NCBI GenBank assembly: GCA_017654855.1 | Contig: CM030332.1 | Coordinates: forward strand, 6,448,001-6,512,000 | Direction of reading: 5' to 3' | Source: Podospora anserina | Lineage: Eukaryota | Length of the DNA: 64,000 nt | Part shown: positions 25,901-38,483 of the stretch, in pieces | Layout of the letters: each line of letters begins with the position of its first letter | Numbering within the stretch: position 1 is the stretch's first letter | Made by a program: the position numbers and the translations under genes | The notes under the pieces: model-generated | Seen by the model: the letters and a program-made list of their open reading frames with translations, nothing else | The model's database searches: none | What the model was told of the DNA's origin: nothing

Positions 25901-28613
25901 TCTGAAACAGCCGCGCATCCGATGGATTCCTCCCTCGGCGTGTTGTTGACCGCTAGATCCGAATGACGTTCTCCTGGACGGAGGACTCTGGTGGGCTGGC
26001 GGGCAGGAGACGAAGTGAGCTGAGATGAGCTGAGCGGGTCATAGAGTGGCTTCACACTCAGATGTCGGAGGTTTGATGGATGGCGCAGCACATATCTCGA
26101 TGCCGGCGTATGCTCTTTTGGGAGGTATTTCAGTCATGGATTTCCACCAACAGTATACCATACTGTCGAAAAAGCGAGTCAGGTACTATCTCTGCAGGCG
26201 TCAGCCCAGAGTAAGGTGATGAAGATGGCAGCCTGTTGCGTGAAAAGATCTCATATCTATAAACATATCAGAAGGATAGGATGACATCGCTCGTGCAGCG
26301 GGAGGAACCATTCACAGCCATGTCAGACCGCCCAACGACCCATCCCATGCAAGTTGGCTTGAGAGAAGAACTCGGACAGGTAGACAGGTCCTGGCGCTTA
26401 CTTACATGCATGCAGACTTCAGAGCCTCCTTTGACCATCGTGCAACGCGGCCATCAGCTTAGCCTCAGCGCTTGTGCGGTTTTTCAAGTAAAGGAGAAGA
26501 TGGAATGGAACTCGATACTATCAAGGGCTGCTAACACACACACAGCCTCCTCATGGTAAGTCAAACTAGCGAGCAGTTGGCGTTTGTACACAGCCTTAAG
26601 GGTCAATCGGTCAACTTCATGATAGGATGTGCTCCTGACTTTCCCCTCCCTAAGCTAGTTCTTGTGGTCAGTGAGCAGTGATCAATCAATCTCACAGCAC
26701 GAGGTGAAACCAACCCAGGCAGCCCCAGACCAAAGGAGCTCTTACACTGTGACCGCATGAGCAGCTGCCACAACGCTTCCCCGATCCTGATGACATTTTA
26801 CCACCAGACCACAACAGTTACATGTGTGGATTACACGGTTCTGGTTTCCCATAATCAGGACCATCCAATCTTCTCGACTCGATATTAAAGGGGGCGTACT
26901 GAGGTCTACATCCCGAGAACAGATTGGCTGCTCGCCTGCCATGATCGTCCGGCGTCGGGATGTTTTGACCGGTTTGGATTGCAACCTGTTGTGGTATATT
27001 CTCCTTTTTGGGGTTCTCTTGTGGCTATGTTTGGGATGGGGGCAGGTCTACCGTTTTTGTTTTTGCCTGCCACAACCCATCACGATGAAAGACGGGAAAT
27101 AGTCTGTGGAACTTGCACGCCGGTTTGGTTTGCTTGGCCTTGTAAGGTTGAGATCTAGACTCCGATTTGCGCTCTTCGCCGTTTTTAGTTTGTAGGCGCA
27201 CACCTGGCACAAGCTTTCCCTGGTTGCTTGTGTGATGATGATAGAGGGACGCCACTCAGGAAAGGCTCCGGATCCAATAACTCCTAGGATAAAAAGGAAG
27301 GAATTTGAGATACCTGCCAAAGCATACTGTCAGCTCTATCTTCATTTCTGGACACCACCTGACAAAGATATTTCTGACAGAACACTTGTCTGCAGTCCTA
27401 AGTGGGAACGAGAATATAGCTCTGTGTTCACGTTGATCATCAAGTCACACAACCTCGGTCTGTTGTCACCCCCTTACCTTAGCCAGGGGGTTACTGGTCC
27501 ACCGCTATCCGTCCCATGGCTGACAAGCGCTCATGCTTGCTTGCAGCAATGACCTTCACACGCTGTGACTGAACCACTCTTTCTCCTTAGTATAGTTGGT
27601 TTAACCTACCTAGCCTGTGTCATATTTGCACTTTGAGCCTGGCTTGTATCTTTTGATATCCTTTCCATGTGTAACTCAAACATGGTTGAAGAACATCCAT
27701 ATGAGGTAGGATTGGCAAGTGGCAGCTGGTAGACGCGTGTGACATCCATTCTTATTTACGGAGAATTTTTTTTTTCATCGTGTCGTAGTGGTGAGAGCCG
27801 GCAACCGAGGTAGGCTAAGGTTTGCTGTGTATCACCTCATCGCGAAGAGGTCTTTCGAAAGCAAAAGAGGGAGGATAGTGGTTTAAGTGATCTTCCAGGT
27901 TGCATAGGATACCTCTGCTCCGTCTTTCAGCTCGGGGAAACATACCACAGCATCACAACTGTGGCTCGATGATAAGAATCCCGACCACACGAATATCGAG
28001 CAGAAGACAAGCTGCAGTGGGATTTCAGGTCACGACTTGATCACTTGATTATTGGTCCTTTACCCGTGAAAACCCGCCGTCTGAGCTAATGTCCACATTC
28101 CAAGCCCAGAAACTGGCTTTACACACATCCTAACAAACAAACCTTCTCAATGGTTGATTGTCTACACCAACTTATCCCTGCATCTCCCCCCACCAGAGTG
28201 AAGTAATAATGTACAACCAAACCCGTGCAAAGACGGGAACCGCGAATACGACTGTCATTCATCTTTTTGTCCGCCCGTCTCTTCACCCCTATCACAACAG
28301 GCTCGCACAAACGGGCCGGACGACGCCCATTTCCCCTCCGCTGTTGATGTATCCTCCCTCCCGAGCAACCCCTTCCCATCGTCTCGTCTTACACAAACAA
28401 GGATGATATGACGTCCTCACGTTGCTTCATCAGCCCATCATGGATAACCACCCCTGCCAAGGGTAAAAATCCGTGATGCGAGTAAGGTAGGAATAACAAT
28501 AAGCAAATGAACGCTCGGAACCAATAGTAACCTGCTAAATTACTACCTCTCAAGTATGGTATCTTCATCGTGATGGTATCTCGAACCTAGCAACAGCCTC
28601 ACATCTCGCCCAT

Positions 28614-30343
28614 CTACGCCGTCCCAAAATCCCACAACCCCACCACCAGCGAATCCTTCAGCCCCTGTTTCTCCTCCTCCTCCGTAACTTTTGTAAACAC
28701 CCTCTTCGGGATCATAAACTCCACCACCGGCGGCTTCTTGATCTCCTTGCCCATCTCCGCCTCGAACAACTGTTACCCAAATATGTTAGCATCTTTACCC
28801 CATTTTCCCACAACCACCCCCAAATCAAGAAAAAGACACTTACACTCCCATAACTATGATCCAAAAAGTCCTCCATATTGTACGCCTGCTTGGTAAACTG
28901 CTCACTGATAATCTTCGCAATCGTCGCCACATTCGGATGCCAATGCCCCTGCAGCTGCACCACCTCCCAAAGACAACTCTCAATCGCCCTCGTCTCCATC
29001 GGATCCCTCTCCCAAGCCAAAAACACATCCTCCACCCCTCCCTCCTCAATCTTCTGCTTCTCCTCCTCCGTCCTCGGCACCCTGTGCATCATGAATGTTG
29101 TCAGGGGGTGCTTCTTGAACAAGTTGTAAAACCAAGGCACAATAGCCACAATCGCACTCGGGGGCGCGTTGAGTGCCAACCTGGCCAGCTTCTTGATAAA
29201 ACTCGCCACCATTACCGCTGGCAAATGTGATGAGCCGAGGAAGGTATCAAGCAACCGCAAAAAGCGGGAGCGGTGCTTGGAGTGGAGCATGTCTGCGTCT
29301 AGCAGGGAGTAGAGCTTGGTGTAAAACTCTGGGTAGTCGAGGTTTCGTTCCTGGATGAGGTAAAAGACACCAGAGAGGGCCAGTAGAGAGATGGACCCGC
29401 CGGCGTTGTAGCAGTCTGTTAGGAAATCCATCAGGAGTTCTGGATTGGTGAACCAGGGCGCGATAGAGTTGGACATGACGCTGAGGATCTTCTTGCGCTG
29501 GTCTTTGCTCAGACCGAGTTGCATCAGGGCTAGCCAGGCGTCTTGGGCTTGACTTTTGTGTTGGGAGAGGGAGCGGACGGGGTGCCTTTTCTTGGTGGTT
29601 GGGGGTTCGATGTAGAAGGTGTCGAGATCTTTGTTGGAGGAGGGGACATCATCGATGTTGAGGAGGAGGTTGAAGATTATGGCGCGGACTGTTTCGTCGA
29701 GGTCGGCGGAGGGGTCTCTAAGGAATTCACTGATGGCTGCGAAGGTGTAGAATCTAATGTCGTCAAACTCGTCGATGAACTTCTCGGTAAACTCTTCCCG
29801 TAGTTGCTCGACTGGTGACTGGATGATGAAGTATATGACTTGGGTGAAGAAGTATCGTGGGAAGGCGGGTTGGTCCCGGCCGTCAAGGTGCTGAGCTTCG
29901 ACTTTGAGGAGAGACATGGCCAACAACAAAGCTGGGAGTGCCAACTTCTCATTGTTGAACATGCGTAACAAGACTTCTCTAAAGTCTGCTAGGCGCTCCC
30001 GAAGCCATTTTGTGACTGTCGCATCCTTCTCTGACGCTTCCTTTCTCTCCACCAAGCAGCCCATGGCAAGTAACCGCACGAGGACGCGGCATAGTGTCTC
30101 TGAGGCGGCGATGGCGGTGGGGCGATCCTCGTCGTTCTTTTGCGCAAGTTCGAGGAGAGTAGCGATGTTGTTGTAGTGTTTTCTGGACTCGAGGATCTCG
30201 GCTTCGAGCTGTTTGAGTTGGGCCTTGAGATCGACACCCTCGTCGCCGCCGGATTTCCTCCGTTTCTTGCTCTTGTCTCCATTCTCTTGACGCTTCCTCT
30301 TCCCGGCCGAGGCCGACGACGGTTCCTTGGTAGCTGCTGCCAT
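28614..30343 (-). CDS. NOC4: Nucleolar complex protein 4 (CBF/Mak21 domain); exons 30343-28844 and 28769-28614
   Basis: Motifs LMDFLTDCYN, NLDYPEFYTKLYSLL, HWHPNVATIAKI and YNMEDFLDHSY; the intron restores the LFEAEMGKEIKKPP C-terminus. Confidence 0.95.
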
Positions 30344-30688
30344 CTTTTATGTGGTTCAATCGCAATATTTCCCGCTCTTGTTGCTTGTTTCCTCCAAATT
30401 CCCTGCTCAGTGCTGCTTCGCGGTCATGTCCTCCAGAAAATTTAAGTGGGGCTGTCGCAATGGAGCAGTGGGTTGTTGGAAAATGGAAATTTCACAGCAG
30501 GGATCCGGAGCACCGGGTCTTGGCAAGGCCAAACTTAGAATTCAACATCAGCTGCGCTGGCACGTGACCCCGAGCTCTACGGCAAAGAGCCGGGAAGTAC
30601 GCATTTCGTTAAAACCTCAATTCGCACTTGGCACTTGAGAGCTCCGTCAACGTCGAGCCGTCACCCACCCGATATTCCCATATTCACA

Positions 30689-31619
30689 ATGGCCTCCCGC
30701 TTGGCGAGAAGTGCTCTCGGTGAGTTCGAGACCGGCCAACAGTTGCCTGCGAGGCGCCAATTGAGACGGCAATGACAAAGTGACTGACCACCGAGCGCCG
30801 CAGGGGCTGCCCGTCTCCGACCTAGCATCGCTCCCCGCGCTCTGCCCGCCCTCTCGACCGCCATCGCGGCGCGCAACAGCTCCGGTGTCCCCGCCCAGGA
30901 CCCCAAGTCCAAGGCCCAGTCCCTCATCGATGCGCTTCCCGGCAGCAACCTCCTCTCCAAGTCGGCCATCCTCTCGTCCTTCACCGGCCTCTCGATCTAT
31001 GCCCTGAGCAACGAGTACTATGTCGTCAACGAGGAGACCGTCGTCGCCTTCTGCCTTCTCAGCGTCTGGGCTGCCCTGATCAAGTTCGGCGGTCCCGCTT
31101 ACAAGGAGTGGGCTGAGGGTCAGAACAGGAAGATCCTCGATATCCTCAACTCGGCCCGCGCCGACCACACCCAGGCCGTCAAGACCCGCATCGAGGACGT
31201 CCAGCAGATGTCCGGCGTCATTGACGTCACGAAGAGCCTCTTCGCCGTCTCCAAGGTAGGATAGCTGGGTTATGTTTGCAGGGAAGAGCTGGAATGGGTG
31301 CTGATGCCGTGTACAGGAGACTGCCAAGCTCGAGGCTGAGGCTTATGAGCTCGAGCAGCGCACTGCCCTTGCCGCTGAGGCCAAGACTGTTCTCGACTCG
31401 TGGGTGCGTTACGAGAGCCAGGTCAAGCAGCGCCAGCAGAAGGAGCTTGCTGCCACCATCATCGCCAAGGTCCAGAAGGAGCTTGAGAATCCCAAGACCC
31501 TCCAGCAGATTCTCCAGCAGAGCGTTGCCGATGTTGAGAGTGAGTTGGCTCAGATCTCCGTGCTTGGAACGAGCTGTTGCTAACAACATATTGCAGAGAT
31601 CGTTTCCGCCAAGCAATAA
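30689..31619 (+). CDS. ATP4: Mitochondrial ATP synthase subunit b (subunit 4); exons 30689-30719, 30804-31255, 31317-31539, 31597-31619
   Basis: Absent as a single ORF from the track. The spliced product has an Arg-rich presequence, SNEYYVVNEETVVAF and KTVLDSWVRYESQVKQRQQ. Confidence 0.96.
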
Positions 31620-32535
31620 ACAGCTAAATAGCTACCCCAGTCGAGTTTTGACCCAGATCGAGATTCCCTTTGTTGTACCAGTGTCCATACACACCCCTGT
31701 GCATTAGCCAATTCAAAACTTTTGACTTGTTCTTTTTTTGATGGCCTCGAGGTGCGCTTTTCGCTTATCATGAGCTTTTGTAGCTGTGGAAGAAGCTAGG
31801 AAAGGGTCGGCAGGTCCCTAAGGGTTGAGACCTCACAACTGCAAAACTGCAAGTCCATGTATTATTATGCTGGAACGCTGTCTCTAGTTGCACAGGGTCG
31901 GGTTAGATCAGACTTCTAGCTTTCGTTTCTAGAGATGTATGAGACTGCCCCTCACAGCACGATTTACATGGGATATGCGGGGGTTTTGCCCTCCATGTGT
32001 GATGTTTTGGAAAATAATGACTTCGTCCCAATTCAAACTACTTTGCAACCAAAGCTTGAGATTCCCATGAGATCAATGAGCTGTTCCTGAGCTCTTGAAG
32101 CTTGTGCCGGTAGTGCCCGTTACAAAACATGGGATTTGCCTTGCAGTCGGGTTGTTCAAGGTGGGGCTCTATGGCCCAGCAATTGATGACGGGGTCCTAG
32201 CACCGGCCAGCCAATCAGCTTCCAGAAGATTTTATTTTTCTGACTTCTTCAAAGTCCAAGCCGAATTGCGCCGTCTTCGAAAAAAGTTTGAGCCCACCCA
32301 CCTCCACGACGCCCACGACAAGCACGCCACGATAAACCAATTTCTGGATCGGAGACACCAGCACGACATTGCTTAAGCACTTCTCTACGGCGAAAAGCTC
32401 TCCAAAGCCCTATTCAGGCCATACGTCGTCGAACTCACTCAATGCCGTGCCGCATGTCGTAGACAGCGCGAGCTTCCTGCGACGGGTCTCTTCCCAGAGA
32501 TTGCGACGACTTACCATGCGATCTCCGCAGTCTCC

Positions 32536-34236
32536 GTGAACACCGGCAACCTGTATCTCCTTTTGGGCACCCGCCCGCAGCTGCGGGTGTTTGCGCAAAT
32601 ATCCTGCAGACACACACCATGGTTTCTCAATAACCATTTGGCGGGCCGGGGGGCCAGCCCACGGTTACGGAGAGGGGCATCGTCAAAGTCCCCGCCTGGG
32701 CGAGGATTTGAGCCCGATACAGACCACAGACGACGCCCAGCGCCTTTTTCTTCGGAACCGCCACCACGTTATGCGAAGCGTGCTGTTCTCCCAACACATC
32801 TTGGAATGCGGCCCGGCCCTTTCGCCGCCGGAAGACTGAAAATACCTCCAGCAGCGAAGCCTTTCAAACCGAGCGAGATGGAGGAACCCTCTGCGACTGT
32901 TGTCGAAACGGAAAAGGCCGACATTGAGGAACACAAAGAACCAACTAGCCAGACAACCGACCATGACGAGAACATAAAGGAGGCCGAGGTTAGAGTGGCA
33001 CCTACGGATCAAGAGGTCCAAGAACAAGACGTGGTAGCAGAGTCGAACCGAATCCTATCTCGAATAGCGATGTGGGACCAACAAGAACAAGCCGTGCCGG
33101 AATTTACGCCTGTGCCGGCAGACGATCTAGCACCGTCAGAACACATCCATGTTATGGGACTTGACCCTGTTGGCCGCTACATCACGCATATTTTGGCCAG
33201 CTGCGACCACATCCCTCCGGTGCGCTATGTGATGCACACCCCTGGTGTACACAATGTTTTCAAGCAGAATGATCGAAAGTTGACGCTTTACCGTGGCGAC
33301 CAGATGGTCACCACCAATCGGATCATCGCTGTGAATTTCAACCAAGGCGGCGATTATACGAGTCCGAAGCAATATGCGCTACCAAGCCTCATCAGTAATC
33401 TGATAATCACCACTCCAGCCGCTGACGTTGTTCGGATTTTGGAGCCGATCAAGCACAGGCTCGATCACAGGTCCACCATTGTCCTGATTAATGATGGCTT
33501 GGGTGTCGTCGAGGACCTCATCAAGACGTATTATCCTTCGTCCATTACTCGCCCAACTTTTATTCTTGGACAATTCACTGGAAAGTTGGGCTATACGGGC
33601 GAGCAATTCTCGGTGGAGGAAGTCGAGCTGGGCAGACTTCGCATGTCAATTTACCCCCAGCAGATTCAGCAGTCCGGTGTCCGCATCGTTCGCCACCCGC
33701 CGATCGAGCACACGTTGAAGCCAACGCGCCTCCTGAGGACACTGACTGTGATACCCGACTTGCGGGCGGCAGGCTTCCCCATGGATGACTTCTTCAAGAA
33801 GGCGTTGCCAACCATTGTCTTCCGATCCATTGTGGACCCTCTGACGGTTGTTCTCGACAGCACCTACGATAAGCTGCCGAAGAATGCGTACGCGAGGCTG
33901 GTCATGGACCAGCTTCTTAGTGAGCTCTGTGGGGTAATCTCCAGACTCCCAGAGGTCAGAGACTCTCCAGACTTCTCTCGGTTGACTGTCACACAGAGGT
34001 TGAGGAAGGAGATTTATCACAAGCTGGTGAGACAGCAGACTTCCAGCTCGAGGATGCGGTCGAATGTGGCTCGGGGCTGGGCTACCGATATCGATTACCA
34101 GACTGGCTACTTTGTCGAGCGTGGTCGGCAGCTGGGGTTGCGGGTCGAGAATCTCAACTCGCTCATTGCCGAGGTCAAGGCCAAGCAAAAGATCCAGATG
34201 GACAGGCAGAACATGCAGATACCTTTTCAACTGTGA
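32536..34236 (+). CDS. Ketopantoate-reductase-like (PanE/ApbA fold; Cbs2-like) protein, probably mitochondrial; start uncertain (first in-frame ATG at 32806)
   Basis: Degenerate Rossmann motif IHVMGLDPVGRYITH, STIVLINDGLG, and C-terminal SSRMRSNVARGWATDIDYQTGYFV, resembling the ApbA_C SSM..D...GR.TEID..NG motif. Confidence 0.75.
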   Translation: MNTGNLYLLLGTRPQLRVFAQISCRHTPWFLNNHLAGRGASPRLRRGASSKSPPGRGFEPDTDHRRRPAPFSSEPPPRYAKRAVLPTHLGMRPGPFAAGRLKIPPAAKPFKPSEMEEPSATVVETEKADIEEHKEPTSQTTDHDENIKEAEVRVAPTDQEVQEQDVVAESNRILSRIAMWDQQEQAVPEFTPVPADDLAPSEHIHVMGLDPVGRYITHILASCDHIPPVRYVMHTPGVHNVFKQNDRKLTLYRGDQMVTTNRIIAVNFNQGGDYTSPKQYALPSLISNLIITTPAADVVRILEPIKHRLDHRSTIVLINDGLGVVEDLIKTYYPSSITRPTFILGQFTGKLGYTGEQFSVEEVELGRLRMSIYPQQIQQSGVRIVRHPPIEHTLKPTRLLRTLTVIPDLRAAGFPMDDFFKKALPTIVFRSIVDPLTVVLDSTYDKLPKNAYARLVMDQLLSELCGVISRLPEVRDSPDFSRLTVTQRLRKEIYHKLVRQQTSSSRMRSNVARGWATDIDYQTGYFVERGRQLGLRVENLNSLIAEVKAKQKIQMDRQNMQIPFQL

Positions 34237-34704
34237 GTTCGCTCTTAGGTTTGAAGGGTAGTAGGGCGTCAAAAGGGGGTCATGTACAAATTATTAAAAT
34301 GTATATTATTGCATTGTATATTGGGTATAACTGTGTGCACATACACAACAATTGGGAGGTTAGATGTTAAAACGGGGAAAGGGGTTTACACACTGCATAT
34401 AGGGGGGTTTAAATAGCAATGAATTGGGTTTCTACTGGTTAAAACCTTGCAATACCTTAGAGTTGTTTCATAAGGTGCCTCAACTGCACAGCTGTTGGGA
34501 GCAACTGGTATACCTAATTGACTTTTACGTATTAATGGCTTGGGTGATTGAACCCCACCAAAATCTTTTGACCCCGCGATCGCGATAAACTGCTACGCTG
34601 CTACCACCCCCCCAAACCCTGGCATCATACCATTCGCATCCTTGCCCGCTCTACATACCTACAGCTTCATAACCAACCCGAATCCATATCAAACCACTGC
34701 CGAA

Positions 34705-35170
34705 ATGGAAGACGCCGAGCTCGAAAAGGTACCCTTTTATCCCTTTCTCCCACCATCGCATCAACCGACTAACCCCCCTACCCGTCAAACAGATCCGTAA
34801 GGCTCGCCTCGAACAGCTCAAATCCCAAAGCGGCGGCCCCTCCTCCCTCGGCAAAGCTGGCGGTGGTGGTAACGCAGGTCCCAGCAAAGAAGTCGAAGCC
34901 GAAGCCCGCAAGTCCATCCTCAACCAGATCCTCCACCCCGAAGCGGCCGACCGGCTGGGGCGAATCAGACTAGTCAAAGAGCAGCGCGCGACCGACGTCG
35001 AGAACAGGCTCATCATGCTCGCTCAGACGGGGCAGTTGCGGTCCAAGGTGACGGAAGAACAACTGAAGGAGCTGTTGAATGCGGTGGCGGACACGGAGAA
35101 GGAGGAGAAGATTGTTGTTGCGAGGAGGAAGGGGTGGGAGGATGATGATGATGACTTGTTTGATCTTTAA
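34705..35170 (+). CDS. PDCD5/TFAR19-family dsDNA-binding protein (Sdd2-like); exons 34705-34728 and 34793-35170
   Basis: MEDAELEK^IRKARLEQLK ... ILNQILHPEAADRLGRIRLVK ... VENRLIMLAQTGQLRSKV; missed by the ORF track. Confidence 0.92.
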
Positions 35171-35340
35171 GGGGGGACAAGGAGAGAGAGACGGCGGGGG
35201 GTGATGATAATGATATCCATTCGGTTTTGCCTCGACGGCATTGTTTGCGAATTCAACAAAAATTGATGATGATTTGAATCTCACAATGCTCATACAGTCA
35301 TATATATACAATCACACAAAAACACCATAATAGTACACAT

Positions 35341-36246
35341 CTACCCCCTCGCCGCCGCCTCCCGTCTCTTCTTCTCCTCCCTCTCCCGTCTCCTCATCTC
35401 CCTCAGATCAGCCGGCACCTCCACCCCCAACTCCTTCCTCAGCTCCCCCACATCCTTCTCGAGAACCTCCTCCCAATAAACATTAATCACCTCCTTCGCC
35501 CTCAGTCCATTCCTCACCGCCCAAGGCCCATACACGCCCCAGAACCTCTCCCGTTCCTTCTTCTTCATCCCCACAAGACTAAACACGCTCAGGCCCGTCA
35601 TCGGCAGCAACGTATTCGCAAACTCGAACGCCTTTAGCGCCACCTCACCCTCCCTCACAACGGGGAGTCCTGTCAAGGCGTGGTAAAAGTCGTGACATTC
35701 CCTGTATCGCTGCATGACATAGGCGCATTCCTCGTCGTCAATGTAGCGAACTGGCGAGCGGGTGTCGGGGGAGACGCCCTCGCGGTCAAGCCAGGAGATG
35801 TACGTGTGGCCGACTGTGTTGGGGGGCAAGGAGCGGAGGTAGGGGAGGTTGAGGGAGGTGGAGGTTATGCGGGGGCGGTCGCGGAGGATGCGGCGCCCGG
35901 TGGGGGAGGAGAGCATGGCGTCGCGGAGGCGGTAGATGAAGTAGGGAGTCGAGGTTGTCTCGGCGAAGGTGGCGATCAGGTCGCCTCGGCGGGGGTTCTT
36001 GAGGGAGATGAGGCCTGAGCCGATGGCCAGGGCGGTTTTCTCGACGAAGGAGAGGGGGACATGGCCTGGGTAGTTTGGTGGTGGGCGGGTTAGGGAGGAA
36101 AAGAGGGAGTATGGGCGGCGTTGCTGGGGGGTGGGGTTGTTGTTGTTGTTGTTGTTGGAGGGGTAGGTTGCGACGGGTCGGAGGGGTCGGAGGAGGGGAG
36201 TGGTTTGGCGGGCGAGGGCCGCGGATCGTTTGAGTGTCACCTCCAT
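35341..36246 (-). CDS. COQ4: Ubiquinone biosynthesis protein Coq4
   Basis: [27 protein letters not shown] motif, [12 protein letters not shown], and a mitochondrial presequence from the ATG at 36246. Confidence 0.96.
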   Translation of the reverse strand: MEVTLKRSAALARQTTPLLRPLRPVATYPSNNNNNNNPTPQQRRPYSLFSSLTRPPPNYPGHVPLSFVEKTALAIGSGLISLKNPRRGDLIATFAETTSTPYFIYRLRDAMLSSPTGRRILRDRPRITSTSLNLPYLRSLPPNTVGHTYISWLDREGVSPDTRSPVRYIDDEECAYVMQRYRECHDFYHALTGLPVVREGEVALKAFEFANTLLPMTGLSVFSLVGMKKKERERFWGVYGPWAVRNGLRAKEVINVYWEEVLEKDVGELRKELGVEVPADLREMRRREREEKKRREAAARG

Positions 36247-36703
36247 GGCGGGTTGAAGGTGTAGAACCAAATGCGCATACTGGACTCCAGCCGGCGCAAT
36301 CGGTGAGGTCGGGGACGGGTGGTTCGATATCGGGAGCTGTCCGAAGCTCTCCGGAAAGTAGGACAGGGGTGTCTTTATCGATAAGGATCCAAGTGGTGAT
36401 AGCGATAAGGTTTTGCTAACATGTGGACTTGTGGAGCGATTCTGGGTGACTTCCGGACTGAGACAAGACCCCCCGAATTCATGGTTGAACCGGCGATTCT
36501 AGGCCGTAAGGTATTGACGAAAAGAGCAAAGGGATATGGAAATGTGTTCGGTGCTAGTCGGGAAAACCCAGGTGCATGTTTATGTGATTGTTTCACGTTC
36601 CCTTTCTTTTCGCTAGTTTGTTAGCATCAATGCAAAAAGCATTTCAGCCCCTGGCATTCCAAACTTTCTCACTTACACGTTGTAGCCATCGCAATTCATC
36701 AAC

Positions 36704-38120
36704 ATGGAGGCCTACGACGAACTTCTCCGCTGGACCAGCAAGCAAGGGATCGAGGTTCACGGTATCGAGGCCAAGAGGATACCCGGCAGAGGAATTGGCA
36801 TTGTGGCTTCGAAAGACCTGAAGGTACTATTCACTGACCTCCTAACATCATGGCTGAGAAGACAAAGGTGTAACAGCCATACGGGTCGATTGGTTTCTAA
36901 GCATTGTCGATTGGCATGTAGCATTTGAGCCCAGTCGACTATCTTCAGACGTGTTACCATTTTTCAGGCCCTCACATAAGCAAACAGTTTTCCTCCTCAC
37001 GTCTACGCATTTTACCTCCCTTTATACACACCAGGCTAACCTCTCCTAGGCCAATGAACGCCTCATATACGTTCCCGCCGCCTCCCTCCGCACCCTCACA
37101 ACCGTCCGCCCCGAAATCCGCAAGGCCCTCCCTCCACCAGCCCCCAAATACAAAGGAACCCCCGTCCATGCGCTCCTCGCAGCAGAGCTACTCCTCGAGA
37201 CCCCCACCATCAAGAAGAAATACGCCCCCTGGCACGCCGTGGTCCCAACTCGTGACGATATCCTGTCCACCCTCCCACTAGCCTGGCCAACATCCGACCA
37301 TGAGAAACTACACTCCCTCCTCCCCTACGCAGCCCGCGCTCACTTGACCAAGCAAAAAGCCAAATTCGAAAAGGATTGGCAGTTGACACGTGATGTCCTC
37401 CTTCCAAAACTGTCTCTCTCTCCCAAGGGTCGATATTCCAAGCAGGAGTTCCTGTATCATTGGCTGCTTGTCAACACGAGAACGTTTTACCATGAAACCC
37501 CCGCGACGGAGCGGCTGACAAAGGATGACAAGATGGCTCTGCAGCCGGTGGCGGATTTGCTCAATCATTCTGATGAGGGGTGTGAAGTGGTGTTTGATAC
37601 GGGGTGTTATACCATTTCGGCGGATAGGGAGTATAAACAGGGGGAGGAGGTGTATATTTGCTACGGGACGCACTCGAACGACTTTTTGATGGTGGAATAT
37701 GGGTTTTGTCCGGAGGAGAATAAGTGGGATGAGGTTTGTATTGATGAGGTGGTCCTGGAAGAAATGTCAACCGCAAGAAAGAAGTGGTTGGACGGGAGGG
37801 ACTTTTTGGGCAAGTATTTGATTGATGAGAGGAATTTGACGGGGTGTTATAGGACCAGAGTGGCATTGATGCTACTGTGCACGTCGAGGGGTCAATGGGA
37901 GAGGTGGGTTGATGAGGGAGAGGATGGGGGGGAGGAGGTGCAAAAAATGGTGGATCGGATTATGGTAAGGGTGTTGGAGAAGTATCTGAAAAGGTGTATG
38001 GAGGCGATTGGGGAGTTGGAGGGCTGTGGGCCGTCGGGGGAGATGGTGTTGAAGAGGTGGAGACAGATTGAGAGGTTGGTCGAGAAGTCTTTGGAGGAAT
38101 TAAAGGTTGAGGACAACTAA
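36704..38120 (+). CDS. SET-domain protein lysine methyltransferase (Rkm/Set11-like); exons 36704-36823 and 37050-38120
   Basis: Motifs GRGIGIVA, WLLVNTRTFY, PVADLLNHS and YICYGTHSNDFLMVEYGF. Confidence 0.9.
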
Positions 38121-38364
38121 TAGAAAGGCAACTCTGATGTATATAGTCTACCTAACACGCAGTGTTGCGGGTACGGTACCCTTTAGACAGCAGTTCAATA
38201 TGAGTTCAAGGGAATGGTTGAAGGTTCATTCATGCATTCAAGGTGAAATTCACATGTATTACGGACTACCAAAAGCAGATTTAAAGAGTCAGTCAAGTGA
38301 CCCCCCGAGGACTTTGTCTTTCAGAATGCTTTCTTCATATAGCCGAATACTAACCAAACTAAGC

Positions 38365-38483
38365 ACATACGACCATATGGCGCAGAAAGCTCGGGATCCC
38401 GTCCGCTCTCCCCTAGATAAGCTGCGCACAGCCGGACTAGTACTCAGGTGGGTGACCACTGGGGAATCCCCGGTGTTGTATGT
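38365..38483 (+). rRNA. Dispersed 5S rRNA gene
   Basis: About 119 nt, ACATACGACCATA...CCCGTCCGCTC...GGGTGACCAC...GAATCCC...GTTGTATGT, with a complementary terminal helix, a T-run downstream and CATATAG about 25-30 nt upstream. Confidence 0.93.
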
